A stretch of 39,261 bases of DNA from contig JAEEKO010000073.1 of the NCBI GenBank assembly GCA_016282415.1, forward strand, positions 1 to 39,261. The letters run 5' to 3'. The notes under the pieces are model-generated. The model saw only the letters and a program-made list of their open reading frames with translations. It was not told where the DNA came from and made no database searches. This DNA comes from Bacillales bacterium. GTDB taxonomy: Bacteria > Bacillota_I > Bacilli_A > RF39 > UBA660. Of the stretch, positions 27,347-35,318 are shown piece by piece. The position numbers and the translations under genes are program-made. Each line of letters opens with the position of its first letter. Position 1 is the first letter of the stretch.

Positions 27347-27892
27347 ATGAGAAAGAGATTAAGCAAAAAAGGTTTTACATTAGTTGAATTATTAGCAGTT
27401 ATCGTAGTTCTTGCAATCTTAGTATTACTTGCAATGCCACGTGTTACATCAATGATGGAAAAGAGTAGAGTAAATTCATTTGCAGTTGAAGCAAACGAAA
27501 TTGAAAAACTTGCAGAAACAGCATATAATGACAAAATATTAAATGGTGTTACTGGTCTTGGAACTACGCCATGCTTTACTGTTGATCAATTAATTTCTGA
27601 TGGATATCTTGATAAAGATAAAGGTGAAGTTCAAGGTGTTATCGTATTAGAAATTCCAGATGCAAGTGCTACTGATCAAAGTGTTAAAGCTCATATGTAT
27701 TTATCAAAAGATAAATATTTCATCAAAAATTTAACATCAAAAGCAAAAACTAATAACGTTAGTAAAGGTGCTAATAAAAAATACAGTGCTTGTTCTAGTA
27801 CTACAGCTGCAATTACTTGTACATCAGATGCTGGTGTTACTACTGTAAAATGTATTAACGGTACTACAGAGACAGCTATTCAAGGTTTATAA
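27347..27892 (+). CDS. Type IV major-pilin-like protein 1
   Basis: KKG|FTLVE, hydrophobic helix with P22, TVDQLISDGYL, 4 Cys. Confidence 0.9.
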   Translation: MRKRLSKKGFTLVELLAVIVVLAILVLLAMPRVTSMMEKSRVNSFAVEANEIEKLAETAYNDKILNGVTGLGTTPCFTVDQLISDGYLDKDKGEVQGVIVLEIPDASATDQSVKAHMYLSKDKYFIKNLTSKAKTNNVSKGANKKYSACSSTTAAITCTSDAGVTTVKCINGTTETAIQGL

Positions 27893-27910
27893 TACATAGC
27901 ATTATAAATT

Positions 27911-27946
27911 AGTTAATATAATGGAAATATTATATTAACTTTTTTT
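27911..27946 (+). terminator. Intrinsic terminator
   Basis: AGTTAATATAAT...ATTATATTAACT plus T-run. Confidence 0.8.
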
Positions 27947-28044
27947 ATGCCAATATAATGTTATATAAATGTAAAGTAAATAATATTTGTTGTATTTTAT
28001 TAAAAATTTGTTATAATAAAAGTATGATAGGAGAGGAATAAAAT

Positions 28045-28584
28045 ATGATGGGAAAGAGATTCAATAAAAAAGGTTTTACATTAGTTGAATTATTAGCAGT
28101 TATCGTAGTTCTTGCAATCTTAGTATTACTTGCAATGCCACGTGTTACATCAATGATGGAAAAGAGTAGAGTAAATTCATTTGCGGTTGAAGCCAATGAA
28201 ATTTTAAAAGTTGCTCAAACTGCTTATAATGATCATTTATTAAATGGTACAGATGATGGTACTATGCCTTGTTATACAGTTGATAAATTAATTGCTGATG
28301 GTTATCTAGATAAAGATAAAGGTGAAATTGTTGGTGCAATTGTATTAGAAATTCCTTCTGCAACTGCAACTAATCAAAATGTTATAACTCACATGTATTT
28401 ATCAAAAGGTGACTATTACATGAAAAATGTAATAACTAAAGCTAAAAGTTCTAATGTTGTAAAACTTTCAAATTTATATAGTGCTTGTACTGGTTCTGGT
28501 ACTGTTACTTGTACAGCTTCTGGAACAAATGCTGCTACAGTTAAATGTGGATCAACAACAATTAGTTCTTTACCAACTACATAG
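28045..28584 (+). CDS. Type IV major-pilin-like protein 2
   Basis: KKG|FTLVE; N-terminal helix identical to 27347 gene; 4 Cys. Confidence 0.9.
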   Translation: MMGKRFNKKGFTLVELLAVIVVLAILVLLAMPRVTSMMEKSRVNSFAVEANEILKVAQTAYNDHLLNGTDDGTMPCYTVDKLIADGYLDKDKGEIVGAIVLEIPSATATNQNVITHMYLSKGDYYMKNVITKAKSSNVVKLSNLYSACTGSGTVTCTASGTNAATVKCGSTTISSLPTT

Positions 28585-28597
28585 GATTAAGAATATT

Positions 28598-28627
28598 AAA
28601 AAGAAGTTATTGTTAACTTCTTTTTTT
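28598..28627 (+). terminator. Intrinsic terminator
   Basis: AAAAAGAAGTTA-TTGT-TAACTTCTTTTT. Confidence 0.8.
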
Positions 28628-28689
28628 GTGACATTGATTTAAGAATAAAAAAATGCTATTATAAATAATAGAGAATGATAGGTGATAAC

Positions 28690-30102
28690 ATGAATAAAAA
28701 GGGTTTTACATTAGTTGAATTATTAGCAGTTATTGTGGTTTTAGCGATTCTTGCGCTTTTAGCTATTCCGCGTGTTATTTCGATTATGGAAAAATCTCGT
28801 GTTAGTGCTTTTACGGTTGAAGCTAATGAAATTATTAAATCTGCTCAAAATGCTTATGGTAGTAAAGTTTTGTCAGAGGAAGAAATGAATCATCCGGTGT
28901 GCTTTACGATCGACCAATTAATTAAAGGTGGTTATTTAGATAAAGATAAAGATGATGTTAAGGGTGTTATTGTTATTGATTTAATTCATGGTAGCGATAT
29001 TGCTGATACTAATGAAGTTATTTATACTTATTTATCTAAAACGGATTTTTATATTAGAAAAAATGACGGTATTAAAAACAAGGTTGTAAATTCAGATGTC
29101 GTTAAAAGTAAAGGTGCGGCTATTTATAGTGACTGTACAACTACATGTACCGCAACTGATGGGGGAGTATCAGTTAAGTGTGGTGATACGGAAATTACTG
29201 GTATCGTTTCTAGTCCGGTAGAAGAAGCTTGTGATTACGAACGTAATCATGAATGGATTTTTAGTTATAAAGGTAGTATTGATGAATTTGAAGTACCTTG
29301 TGGGGGTTATTATAAATTAGAAGTATGGGGAGCTCAGGGTGGTTCTTATAGTGATACTTACCATGGCGGTTATGGTGGTTATGCTGTTGGTAGTATCCAT
29401 TTAACTAATACTGATAAACTTTATGTTGGTGTTGGTGGCAGAGGAACCCATGTTGGAAACTTTGTTACTGGTGATGGTGGTTATAATGGTGGTGGTGCTG
29501 TTACTGGTTCATGGTCGGATCAAAATGAACGTCGTTCAACTGGTGGTGGTGCAACACATATTGCTTTAAATAATAATTTAGGAGAATTAAAGCATTATTC
29601 TGATCATCAAAGTGATGTTTTAATTGTTGCTGGTGGTGGCGGTGGTGGTCATGCTAATCAAGTAATGATCACTAGTAGTTATTATACTGGCGGATTTGGT
29701 GTTGGTGGTTCGGGTGGTGGAACTACTGGCGGTATGGCTTTAGGTCAACAATATGATGATCCAGTAACGGCACGTGGTGGTTGGCAAGAACAAACACCAA
29801 GTGAAACTCGTGGTAGTTTTGGTCAGGGCGGTCAAGCTCAAATAGGAGAAACTAATTATGGTATTTATGATGGTGCCGGTGCAGGTTGGTATGGTGGTGA
29901 GCGTAGTTGGCGTGCTTCCGGCGGTGGATCAGGGCATTTATCAACTAGTTTAATCAATGGTCATATGTCATGCTTTAATTGTATGGAAACTGAAGATAGT
30001 GTAACTACTAATGTTAATAGTGCAAATGCTACTGCAACTTCTGGGGTTCCTAAAAAAGATGATGGATATGCAAAAATCACTTATTTAGGTGGCCATTTGT
30101 AA
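28690..30102 (+). CDS. Type IV pilin fused to one ALK/LTK-like glycine-rich domain
   Basis: MNKKG|FTLVE; YKLEVWGAQGG, GGGATH, LIVAGGGGGG, GYAKITYLG; promoter TTGATT-N17-TATTAT 28634-28662. Confidence 0.88.
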   Translation: MNKKGFTLVELLAVIVVLAILALLAIPRVISIMEKSRVSAFTVEANEIIKSAQNAYGSKVLSEEEMNHPVCFTIDQLIKGGYLDKDKDDVKGVIVIDLIHGSDIADTNEVIYTYLSKTDFYIRKNDGIKNKVVNSDVVKSKGAAIYSDCTTTCTATDGGVSVKCGDTEITGIVSSPVEEACDYERNHEWIFSYKGSIDEFEVPCGGYYKLEVWGAQGGSYSDTYHGGYGGYAVGSIHLTNTDKLYVGVGGRGTHVGNFVTGDGGYNGGGAVTGSWSDQNERRSTGGGATHIALNNNLGELKHYSDHQSDVLIVAGGGGGGHANQVMITSSYYTGGFGVGGSGGGTTGGMALGQQYDDPVTARGGWQEQTPSETRGSFGQGGQAQIGETNYGIYDGAGAGWYGGERSWRASGGGSGHLSTSLINGHMSCFNCMETEDSVTTNVNSANATATSGVPKKDDGYAKITYLGGHL

Positions 30103-30161
30103 AAATTCAAGTTAACTTGAATTTTTTTTTGGTTTTCTTTATAATTGAATTGGTGATAGCG

Positions 30162-31058
30162 ATGATTATAGGAAGTCATGTTAGTTTTAAAGGTGATCAA
30201 TTATTAGGTAGCGTTAAAGAAGCTATTAGTTATGGTGCTAATACTTTTATGTTTTATACGGGAGCACCACAAAATACGATGCGTTCACCAATAAATGATA
30301 CATATACTAACGAAGCTAAAACATTAATGGCAGCAAATAACATTGATATTAATAACGTTGTTTGTCATGCTCCATATATTATTAATTTAGCCGATTATGA
30401 AAATGATGATAAATATAATTTTGGAATAAATTTTTTAATTCAAGAATTAAAACGAATTGAAGCATTGGGTGTTAAATATTTAGTAGTTCATCCTGGTTCT
30501 AGTTTAAAACTAGATCGTATGGAAGCACTAAAAGCAATTGGTAATGCTTTTAAAATTGCTCTTACTCGTACTGATCATGCCGAGATTTTAGTGGAAACGA
30601 TGGCTGGTAAAGGTAGTGAATGTGGTACGAATTTAAACGAAATCAAACTAATCCTAGATACTTGTGATAATCCACGTTTAAAAGTATGTTTAGATACCTG
30701 TCATTTAAATGATTCAGGTGTTGATATTAACGAATTTGAACAATATTTAACGGATTTTGATAACTTAATTGGAATTGATAAAATTGGTTGTGTTCATATT
30801 AACGATAGTAAAAATGAATTAGGTTCTCATAAAGACCGCCATGAAAATATTGGCTTTGGAACTATTGGTTTTGATGCATTAATTAAAGTTATTAATAATC
30901 CTCAATTAAAAGATGTTCCTAAGATTTTAGAAACACCTTATATTAAGATTAATGATAATTTAAGTTTAGCACCATACAAAGAAGAAATTGCAATGATTAA
31001 AAGTGGAACCTTTAATCCCGAATTAATTAATTTAATTAAAGATAATGCTGGTATTTAA
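30162..31058 (+). CDS. nfo: Endonuclease IV
   Basis: IGSHVS, YTGAPQNT, HAPYIINL, ETMAGKGSE, DTCH, HINDSK, KDRHENIG. Confidence 0.96.
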   Translation: MIIGSHVSFKGDQLLGSVKEAISYGANTFMFYTGAPQNTMRSPINDTYTNEAKTLMAANNIDINNVVCHAPYIINLADYENDDKYNFGINFLIQELKRIEALGVKYLVVHPGSSLKLDRMEALKAIGNAFKIALTRTDHAEILVETMAGKGSECGTNLNEIKLILDTCDNPRLKVCLDTCHLNDSGVDINEFEQYLTDFDNLIGIDKIGCVHINDSKNELGSHKDRHENIGFGTIGFDALIKVINNPQLKDVPKILETPYIKINDNLSLAPYKEEIAMIKSGTFNPELINLIKDNAGI

Positions 31059-31293
31059 TTAAGACCTCGTGATAGAGGTTTTTTAATTTGGTAAAATTAT
31101 CACTAGTAAAATAAGTTTGATAATTATCAATATTAAAATCCTCTAAATGATTTAAGATATCTAAATCATTATGCATAAAACTTAAAATATTATTAAACTC
31201 TTCATCATTTAAATAGATACCCTTACTAATAAAGTAATTTTTGATGGTATCATTATCAACATTATGGAGATAATTAACAATCATGTTTTTCAT
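31036..31293 (-). CDS. Small protein, DUF2624/YqfT-like
   Basis: AGGTGA RBS, size, position beside nfo, sigmaG-like promoter. Confidence 0.5.
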   Translation of the reverse strand: MKNMIVNYLHNVDNDTIKNYFISKGIYLNDEEFNNILSFMHNDLDILNHLEDFNIDNYQTYFTSDNFTKLKNLYHEVLIKYQHYL

Positions 31294-31362
31294 TTAATCA
31301 CCTAATTAATAGTATGAAATAGTTATTTCTTTTAATACTAATAATGGTGATTAAATGAAAAA
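31286..31362. repeat. 17-bp perfect inverted repeat enclosing a 43-bp bidirectional promoter
   Basis: TTTTTCATTTAATCACC 31286-31302 / GGTGATTAAATGAAAAA 31346-31362. Confidence 0.85.
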
Positions 31363-33187
31363 AGTAATAACTGGAATAACTTGTTTTTTATTTATTCTTA
31401 TTACTATTTTTTATATATCAATTTTAAAACAACATGATTTATATTATGAAGAGTATTTAAAGAAAACCAATAATATTATTTCGTTTGGTAATCCGCCCCG
31501 TGGTGATATTTATGATGTCAATCATAAGTTATTGGTACGAAGCGTTAAAGTAAGGAATATTGCTTATGCTTATATTAAAAAAACTAATCAAATCGAGATT
31601 GCGGAAACTTTAGCACAATATAGTAATTTTAATAATATTGATGATGCCGTTATGAATGACTATAGTAATAATAAATATGGTAAGTTGGTTAAATTAAGTG
31701 CATTAGAAATGCAAGCTGCTTATATTTATTATTTAATGAATAATGGTAAACGTTTTGAATATAAGCTTATTTTTACGGATGTAACTTCAGAGACGCTTGA
31801 CCAAATCTTAAGTCTTAACCTACCGGGTGTAGTATCATATGATACTTATCGTCGCTACTATTATTATGATACTTATTTTAATGATATTATTGGTACGGTA
31901 GGAAAGATAAAAAAAGAAGATATTGATGATTATTTAACAAATGGATATGCTTTAAGTGATGAAGTTGGTATCTCTTATTTAGAAGAAGCTTATGAACCAT
32001 ATTTAAAGGGTTCTAAAGCTATTTATCGTATTAATGAGGATAATTCATTAACTAAGCTTAAAGATGAAGCTAAAGGGGCGGATTTAATCTTAAATATTGA
32101 TATTGATTTACAAAGAGATATTGAAGCAGATTTAAAACACAAGATTCTAGAATTAAAGCAGTTAAAAAATACGGAATATTATCATACTAGCTATGTCATT
32201 GTAAGTAATCCAAATACGGGTGGAATTATAGCAATGGCGGGAGTTAATTTAATTAATAATGATTATAAAACTCCTTTATATAGTAATAAGACGATTGATA
32301 TTTTAACTAAAAGTTATGTTATGGGTTCAGTGATTAAAGGAGCTAGTCAAAGTGTTGCTTATCAATATGATGTTATTAATCGTGGTAAGTATATTAAAGA
32401 TAGTTGTGTTAAATTATATAGTTTAAACCCAAAATGTAGTTTTAAAGATTTAGGAAATATTAATGATATTACAGCATTAAAATATTCATCAAATTATTAT
32501 CAATTTATTAATGCGATTAAAGTTAGTGGTAATACTTATAAAAATAATATGAAATTAAGGGTGAGTAAGGAAGACTTTGATAAATATCGTAATTTATTTA
32601 AAGAGTATGGTTTAGGAACGACTACTGGTATTGATGTCATGGAGTATGTTCCTAAAAGTGGTAATATCATTGCTCCCGATTTATTACTTAATTTAAGTAT
32701 TGGTCAATATGATTCATATACTCCAATTAGTTTAACGCAATATATTAATACGATTGCAAATGGGGGTAATCGTTATAAATTAAATATTGTTAAAGAAGTT
32801 ATTATGGATGATCAGGTTATTCTAAATAATAATGGTATTTTATTAAATAAGGTAAGTATTAATTTAGATGATTTAAAACGGATTCAAGAAGGTTTTAGGG
32901 AAGTGTTGGATCATGGAACTGGTTGGGGTTATATTAATTTAGCTTATAAACCCGCAGGTAAAACCGGAACCAGTGAAACATTTATGGATAGCGATGGTGA
33001 TTTAAAAGATGACTTAAAAACGATTACCGAAACCTCAGCAATGTATTTTCCTTATGATAACCCGAAGTATTCAATTGTCATAATTAGTCCTAATTCAAGT
33101 CATTATTTAGGAAAAACGGACTATATCGCACCAATTAATAGTAAAATTAGTAAGAAACTAACAAAAAATATGTTTGAAAATTACTAA
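31355..33187 (+). CDS. Class B penicillin-binding protein (PbpA/PbpH-like)
   Basis: N-terminal TM, PRGDIYD, GISYLEE.YE, SVIK, SSN, KTGT. Confidence 0.92.
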   Translation: MKKVITGITCFLFILITIFYISILKQHDLYYEEYLKKTNNIISFGNPPRGDIYDVNHKLLVRSVKVRNIAYAYIKKTNQIEIAETLAQYSNFNNIDDAVMNDYSNNKYGKLVKLSALEMQAAYIYYLMNNGKRFEYKLIFTDVTSETLDQILSLNLPGVVSYDTYRRYYYYDTYFNDIIGTVGKIKKEDIDDYLTNGYALSDEVGISYLEEAYEPYLKGSKAIYRINEDNSLTKLKDEAKGADLILNIDIDLQRDIEADLKHKILELKQLKNTEYYHTSYVIVSNPNTGGIIAMAGVNLINNDYKTPLYSNKTIDILTKSYVMGSVIKGASQSVAYQYDVINRGKYIKDSCVKLYSLNPKCSFKDLGNINDITALKYSSNYYQFINAIKVSGNTYKNNMKLRVSKEDFDKYRNLFKEYGLGTTTGIDVMEYVPKSGNIIAPDLLLNLSIGQYDSYTPISLTQYINTIANGGNRYKLNIVKEVIMDDQVILNNNGILLNKVSINLDDLKRIQEGFREVLDHGTGWGYINLAYKPAGKTGTSETFMDSDGDLKDDLKTITETSAMYFPYDNPKYSIVIISPNSSHYLGKTDYIAPINSKISKKLTKNMFENY

Positions 33188-33232
33188 ATATTTGGTATAA
33201 TACTAATGAACTTTTTTGAAGGAGGCGTAATT

Positions 33233-33400
33233 ATGGCTAAAAATGAAAACAGAGTATATGTAGATATTAAATGTAGTGAATGTGGAGTTCTAACAAGAAG
33301 ACCTATTTCTAAGAATAAAAAGAATACTACTGAAAAGATAGAAATTAATAAATATTGCCCAAGATGTAATAAACATACTGTCTTTAAAGAAAAAAAATAA
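33233..33400 (+). CDS. rpmG: 50S ribosomal protein L33 (Zn-binding form)
   Basis: CSEC, KNKKNT, KYCPRCNKHTVFKE. Confidence 0.95.
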   Translation: MAKNENRVYVDIKCSECGVLTRRPISKNKKNTTEKIEINKYCPRCNKHTVFKEKK

Positions 33401-33415
33401 TATTAGGAGTAATTT

Positions 33416-33976
33416 ATGTATATTAATGTTAATGATATTAAAAACGGCATGACTATTAAATATGAAGGTAATATTTATATTGTTTTAGAGTTTGGTCATG
33501 TTAAACCAGGTAAGGGTGCTGCATTTGTTAATGCTAAGTTAAAAAATTTAAGAACTGGTTCAATTACTGAAGAACGTTTTAATTCAGGTATTAAGTTAGA
33601 AAAAGCTCATGTTGAACGTAAACCAATGTTATTTTTATATGCCAGTGGTGATAATTATGTCTTCATGGATAATAACACTTATGAACAAGCTGAAATTCCT
33701 ACAAGTCAATTAGGAGAGAATGTTAAATTCTTAAAAGAAAACTTAGAAATTTCAATTCAATATTATGAAGGTGAAATCATTGGTATTGATTTACCAGAAA
33801 AAGTTGAATATAAGATTATTGAATGTGAACCTGCTGTTAAAGGTAATACAACTAATAATGCATTAAAAGATGCTAAGATTGAAACTGGATTAGTTGTTAA
33901 AGTTCCACTATTTGTTGAAAATGGTGAAAGTATTATCGTTTCAACTAAGGATGGACAATATTCAAGTAGAGCATAA
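33416..33976 (+). CDS. efp: Elongation factor P
   Basis: HVKPGKGAAF, VFMD..TYEQ, ETGL.VKVPLF. Confidence 0.97.
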   Translation: MYINVNDIKNGMTIKYEGNIYIVLEFGHVKPGKGAAFVNAKLKNLRTGSITEERFNSGIKLEKAHVERKPMLFLYASGDNYVFMDNNTYEQAEIPTSQLGENVKFLKENLEISIQYYEGEIIGIDLPEKVEYKIIECEPAVKGNTTNNALKDAKIETGLVVKVPLFVENGESIIVSTKDGQYSSRA

Positions 33977-33994
33977 CAATGTTATGCTTTTTTT
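33969..33994 (+). terminator. Terminator after efp
   Basis: GAGCATAAC-AAT-GTTATGCTT plus T-run. Confidence 0.8.
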
Positions 33995-34081
33995 ATGCCT
34001 GAAAAGTGTCAAATGAATGGTTAATGTGATAATTATTGCTTATTACCGTGATATAATGAATTTATAAAATATGGTGATAGT

Positions 34082-34363
34082 ATGAATAAAGAAGAACCAC
34101 ATTATTTAAAATTTAATAGTGAAAACGAGAAAAAGAAATATGAATTAATGAAGATGCATAATCAAATGAATGCTGCTCAAAAAGCTACTTCAAGTCAAAA
34201 GACGAATAGTGCCCAAGTATTAAATCTCGTTTCCAATAAAACTGGTCAAAGTAATGTTACTAATGATTCATCAGGATTTACTAATGCCTTATTGGTAACA
34301 TTAATTACCGGATTTGTTGGTGGGATTATTGCCACAGTGTTATTTATTTTCTTAAACAGGTAA
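34082..34363 (+). CDS. Hypothetical protein with C-terminal TM anchor
   Basis: GGTGAT RBS; SSGFTNALLVTLITGFVGGIIATVLFIFL. Confidence 0.7.
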   Translation: MNKEEPHYLKFNSENEKKKYELMKMHNQMNAAQKATSSQKTNSAQVLNLVSNKTGQSNVTNDSSGFTNALLVTLITGFVGGIIATVLFIFLNR

Positions 34364-34373
34364 GGTGATTTAA

Positions 34374-35126
34374 ATGACAATGGAAGAAGCTAATAATGAA
34401 ATATTAAAAATCAGCGAAAACCCAGGATTAAGTAGTGATGCTAAAAAGAGTCGTATTCGTGTATATCAAACTTATATTATGAGTTTGAATAGTGAAGAAG
34501 AAATCTTTAGGGCAATGAAAGAATATACTGCTTCAGTAGGAATTTTTATAAGATTAACAAACGGATTGTATCAATGTCTTCCGAAGGTTGCTGATAATGA
34601 ATTATTCTTAAGGGGTTATATTTTAGAATCGAGTGTTTGTAAAGAATTAGCAGCAAAAAATATTAATTATACTCATACCGATTTAAAATTAACTTATATT
34701 CCTGAATATGAAGCAAGATATAATGCGAATTTATCTGATGTGTCAGCGGCAATTTTGTTATATGATCATATTTTAAAAATTCAGAATATTAAAAACAATC
34801 AAATAACTACGGTATCTCATAATTTAGCTGAGTTATTAAGTTCGGAGATTATTTATAAAGAATTAAGACAAAAATATGTTGATCGTAGTGGTCACGTAGC
34901 GGTGAAAACAATTACTAAATCAAAGGAACAATTAGAACAAGATTACCAAAAAGCGATTATTATGATTAATGAACTATATAATCATAATATGGTGTTAGAT
35001 AACGCTACTAAACAAATTGCATTAGATTTAATCCGTGATTTATTTGATAGTTACCAAGAAGATAAGTTTAAATTTCCAAGTGTTTTAATCGATCAAATTG
35101 ATACTCCAGATAATCTAATTGCATAA
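34374..35126 (+). CDS. Hypothetical helical protein
   Basis: 250-aa ORF with AAGGTGAT RBS; no motif recognised. Confidence 0.7.
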   Translation: MTMEEANNEILKISENPGLSSDAKKSRIRVYQTYIMSLNSEEEIFRAMKEYTASVGIFIRLTNGLYQCLPKVADNELFLRGYILESSVCKELAAKNINYTHTDLKLTYIPEYEARYNANLSDVSAAILLYDHILKIQNIKNNQITTVSHNLAELLSSEIIYKELRQKYVDRSGHVAVKTITKSKEQLEQDYQKAIIMINELYNHNMVLDNATKQIALDLIRDLFDSYQEDKFKFPSVLIDQIDTPDNLIA

Positions 35127-35130
35127 TTTT

Positions 35131-35159
35131 TTGACAAAAATCATTAATTTTGTTATATT
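35131..35159 (+). promoter_or_regulatory. sigmaA promoter of the T-box/HAD/tyrS unit
   Basis: TTGACA-N17-TATATT with extended TG. Confidence 0.8.
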
Positions 35160-35165
35160 TAATTT

Positions 35166-35302
35166 GTTAGTGATGAACAGCCTTACAACCTGGGAGCTAA
35201 ATCGTTAATTCGCGTTATGAATGAAAGTGCATGATAACTCATGAATTAAGGTGGTACCACGGAAATGTTTCGTCCTTAAGTTCAATGAGTTTTTTATTTT
35301 TT
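35166..35302 (+). ncRNA. T-box riboswitch (Tyr), ultrashort Stem I
   Basis: AATTAAGGTGGTACCACGG...TTCGTCCTT antiterminator; TAC 35184-35186 in apical loop of K-turn-like stem; upstream of tyrS. Confidence 0.85.
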
Positions 35303-35318
35303 AAGTATGGTGATGATA

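Larger units (their letters stand above)
27269..28184 (+). repeat. Tandem direct repeat (period 701 bp) of promoter plus pilin 5' end
   Basis: 27269-27483 vs 27970-28184; 119 nt identical (27365-27483 = 28066-28184); TTGTAT-N16-TATAAT in both. Confidence 0.92.

Noticed and set aside
16602-28196. Similar minus-strand ORFs 16602-17030, 27310-27534, 28011-28196 looking like a peptide family
   Set aside because: Antisense shadows of the conserved prepilin coding sequence
27269-28690. comG competence operon
   Set aside because: No comGA/GB, pilins are larger than ComGC and monocistronic, and no cin-box (TACGAATA) seen; use of Com machinery elsewhere is not excluded
16606-30102. DGR or shufflon diversifying the pilins
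   Set aside because: No reverse transcriptase or recombinase, no adenine-specific TR/VR pair, no inverted cassettes in the window
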